Assembly: GCA_963718235.1 (NCBI GenBank)
Contig: CAVQYR010000001.1
Span: 256,001-320,000 of the forward strand
Source of the DNA: an uncultured Actinomycetota bacterium
GTDB taxonomy: Bacteria; Actinomycetota; Actinomycetes; JAHEKZ01
Length of the DNA stretch: 64,000 nucleotides
Direction: 5' to 3'
The translations under genes and the position numbers were made by a program. Below the pieces are notes generated by a model. It was not told the DNA's origin. It ran no database searches and worked only from the letters and a program-made list of their open reading frames with translations. Below, piece by piece: positions 62,190 through 64,000 of the stretch. Numbering within the stretch: position 1 is the first letter of the stretch; each line of letters begins with the position of its first letter.

Positions 62190-63164
62190 GTGGCTCACTC
62201 ACTTCCGGCAGGCTTCTCGGCCAGACCCGCGACTCCCGGCGACGTCGACCCGATCATGGGGCTGATGGCAGCCTCGGCGATGGCCGCAGTGGGCGTCGCC
62301 GACGTCACCCGAGACGAGGTCGAGTCCGACCTCGCCACCCCGGGCCTGGACCTCGCGCACGACTCCTGGCTGGTGCACGACCGCTCAGGTGCAGTAGGCG
62401 CGTTCGGGTTCGCCCTCGACGACGGCTCCGAGCGGGTGTTCGTCGACGTCTACCTGCACCCCGACCACGACGACGCCACCTACCGCGAGGTCGGCGGTTG
62501 GTTGATGGACCAGGGCCTCGCCCGGCTGCAGGTGAGGCTGGAGGGCTCGAAGCGGCCATCGGCCGTCGTGGGCTCGGGCTGCTACCGCTCCGAGCGTCGT
62601 CAGGCCGGTCTGCTCGTGGGCACGGGTATGGCGTGGGACCGGACGTTCTGGCGCATGCACAAGGACCTCAGCACCGCCGACACCGACCCGGTCGAGCTCC
62701 CACCGGCGGTGCGGGTCCGCCTCATCGACTTCGCCCGGGAGAGCGATCGGCTCGCCGCGCACCGGATCTCCAACGACGCCTTCCGTGAGCACCACGGGTT
62801 CGTCGAGGTCGCTGCGGACGACTTCTGGAAGGAGGCCGAGCGACCCCCGCTGTTCGACCCGACCCAGTGGTGGTTGGCGGAGGTCGACGGCGAGCCGGCT
62901 GGCCTTCTCATCGGCGACGAGAGCCGGGCCGAGATCGGTATCGGCTACGTGCGCCTGCTGGGCGTGCTGTCGCAGTTCCGCGGCCGAGGCGTGGCGAAGG
63001 CGTTGCTGCGTACGGCCTGGGCCGACTTCGCCGGCCGCGGTCGGACTGCGACCGAGCTCGGGGTCGACAGCGAGAACAGCACCGGCGCCACCGCGCTCTA
63101 CGAGTCGGTCGGCATGGCTCCGACGCTGGTCATCGACTTCTATGTGCTGACGCTGCGGGCGTGA
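62190..63164 (+). CDS. Tandem GNAT acetyltransferase (MshD-like architecture)
   Basis: AFREHHG, LGV...RGRGVAKALL, LGVDSENSTGA.ALYES.G; start uncertain. Confidence 0.82.
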   Translation: MAHSLPAGFSARPATPGDVDPIMGLMAASAMAAVGVADVTRDEVESDLATPGLDLAHDSWLVHDRSGAVGAFGFALDDGSERVFVDVYLHPDHDDATYREVGGWLMDQGLARLQVRLEGSKRPSAVVGSGCYRSERRQAGLLVGTGMAWDRTFWRMHKDLSTADTDPVELPPAVRVRLIDFARESDRLAAHRISNDAFREHHGFVEVAADDFWKEAERPPLFDPTQWWLAEVDGEPAGLLIGDESRAEIGIGYVRLLGVLSQFRGRGVAKALLRTAWADFAGRGRTATELGVDSENSTGATALYESVGMAPTLVIDFYVLTLRA

Positions 63165-63834
63165 CGTCGGCGACTTCGGACAAGAACGCGTCGACCAGGG
63201 CGTGGCACCGCTCCCGGGACGAGGCGCACTGCGCATCGGTCTCGGCGTACATCGCTTCCAGGTCGATCCCCTCTCGGGTGGCCTGGTCGCGCGACCCGGC
63301 GCCCCAGCGGCGGACGATCTGCGGTGACACCTCGGGGTGGAACTGCCAGGCCAGCATCCGGCCGATCCGGAACGCCTGGGGCCCCGCCGCAGACTGCGCA
63401 AGCACCTCGGCTCCGTCGGGCGGGGTGAACGCGTCGACGTGGAACTCGAACCACGGACCGGACGGCGCGAGCTGCTCGTCGTCGCTGTCCAGGGCGAACC
63501 ACCCGATCTCGGTCCGCTTCGCGGCATGCACCGAACCACCGAGTGCATGGGCCATCAGCTGGGCGCCGTAACAGATGCCCAGCACCGGAAGGTCACGGAC
63601 ACCGGCCTCCCGGACCAGCGCGCTCTCCCGCTCCACCTCGTCTCGGACGTGCTCCCAGTACGTCGACCAGTCCGAGCCGAGCATCACGACGAGGTCGAAG
63701 CCGTCGAGGGTCGAGGGAAGCGCACCCGGTGCATCGCGGTAGCCGACGACCAGCTCGACGCCTCGGTCGCGCAGCCGTTCTCCCACGTACCCGGCGTCGT
63801 CGTCGCCGGTGTTGGCGATCAGCAGTGCGCGCAT
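63130..63834 (-). CDS. Type 1 glutamine amidotransferase
   Basis: LGICYGAQL nucleophile, EIGW, QFHPE; ATG 63834 follows TAGCCT. Confidence 0.88.
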   Translation of the reverse strand: MRALLIANTGDDDAGYVGERLRDRGVELVVGYRDAPGALPSTLDGFDLVVMLGSDWSTYWEHVRDEVERESALVREAGVRDLPVLGICYGAQLMAHALGGSVHAAKRTEIGWFALDSDDEQLAPSGPWFEFHVDAFTPPDGAEVLAQSAAGPQAFRIGRMLAWQFHPEVSPQIVRRWGAGSRDQATREGIDLEAMYAETDAQCASSRERCHALVDAFLSEVADVTPAASAHRSR

Positions 63835-63844
63835 GGCGGGCAGG

Positions 63845-64000
63845 CTACGCGGTGGGGCCGCCGACGCGCAGCAGGATCTTGCCCACGTTTGCGCCCGCCT
63901 CCATCTGCTCGTGCGCGCGGGCTGCGTGCTCGATCGGGACGACCTCATGGACGACCGGCACGATCGTCTGGTCCTCCACCAGCGGCCAGACCTGCTGCCG
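63845..64000 (-). CDS. C-terminal part of an NAD(P)H-quinone oxidoreductase (truncated by the window edge)
   Basis: VWPLVE..TIVPVVH...AARAHEQME....VGKILL then stop. Confidence 0.8.
   Translation of the reverse strand, partial: RQQVWPLVEDQTIVPVVHEVVPIEHAARAHEQMEAGANVGKILLRVGGPTA

Overview
High-GC actinobacterial chromosome segment spanning the replication origin. Core order: jag-yidC-yidD-rnpA-rpmH | dnaA-oriC-dnaN-recF-DUF721(DciA)-gyrB-gyrA-DUF3566-tRNA-Ile-(DLW-39 small protein)-tRNA-Ala, then ppiA-rhomboid and the cell-division/signalling cluster crgA-DUF881-sortase E-trpG-pknB-pbpA-rodA-pstP-fhaB-fhaA-tRNA-Leu. A patchwork of metabolic and accessory genes follows: an agmatine-deiminase cassette without carbamate kinase, a fasciclin gene, an Rpf-like gene, VKOR, a FabX-like flavoprotein behind a tandem palindromic operator, and a 5.6-kb integrase-less island bounded by 16-bp direct repeats that carries a MalT-like regulator and two copies of a 44-bp candidate operator. 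After that come an alkyl sulfatase, speB, pheA, a 13-bp minisatellite, a GGDEF-EAL gene, serS, a TrpB2-like gene and bpa. Three genes are frameshifted, which may be assembly error. I saw no CRISPR array, rRNA, prophage or IS element. All calls were made by eye from motifs and synteny; no database searches were run.
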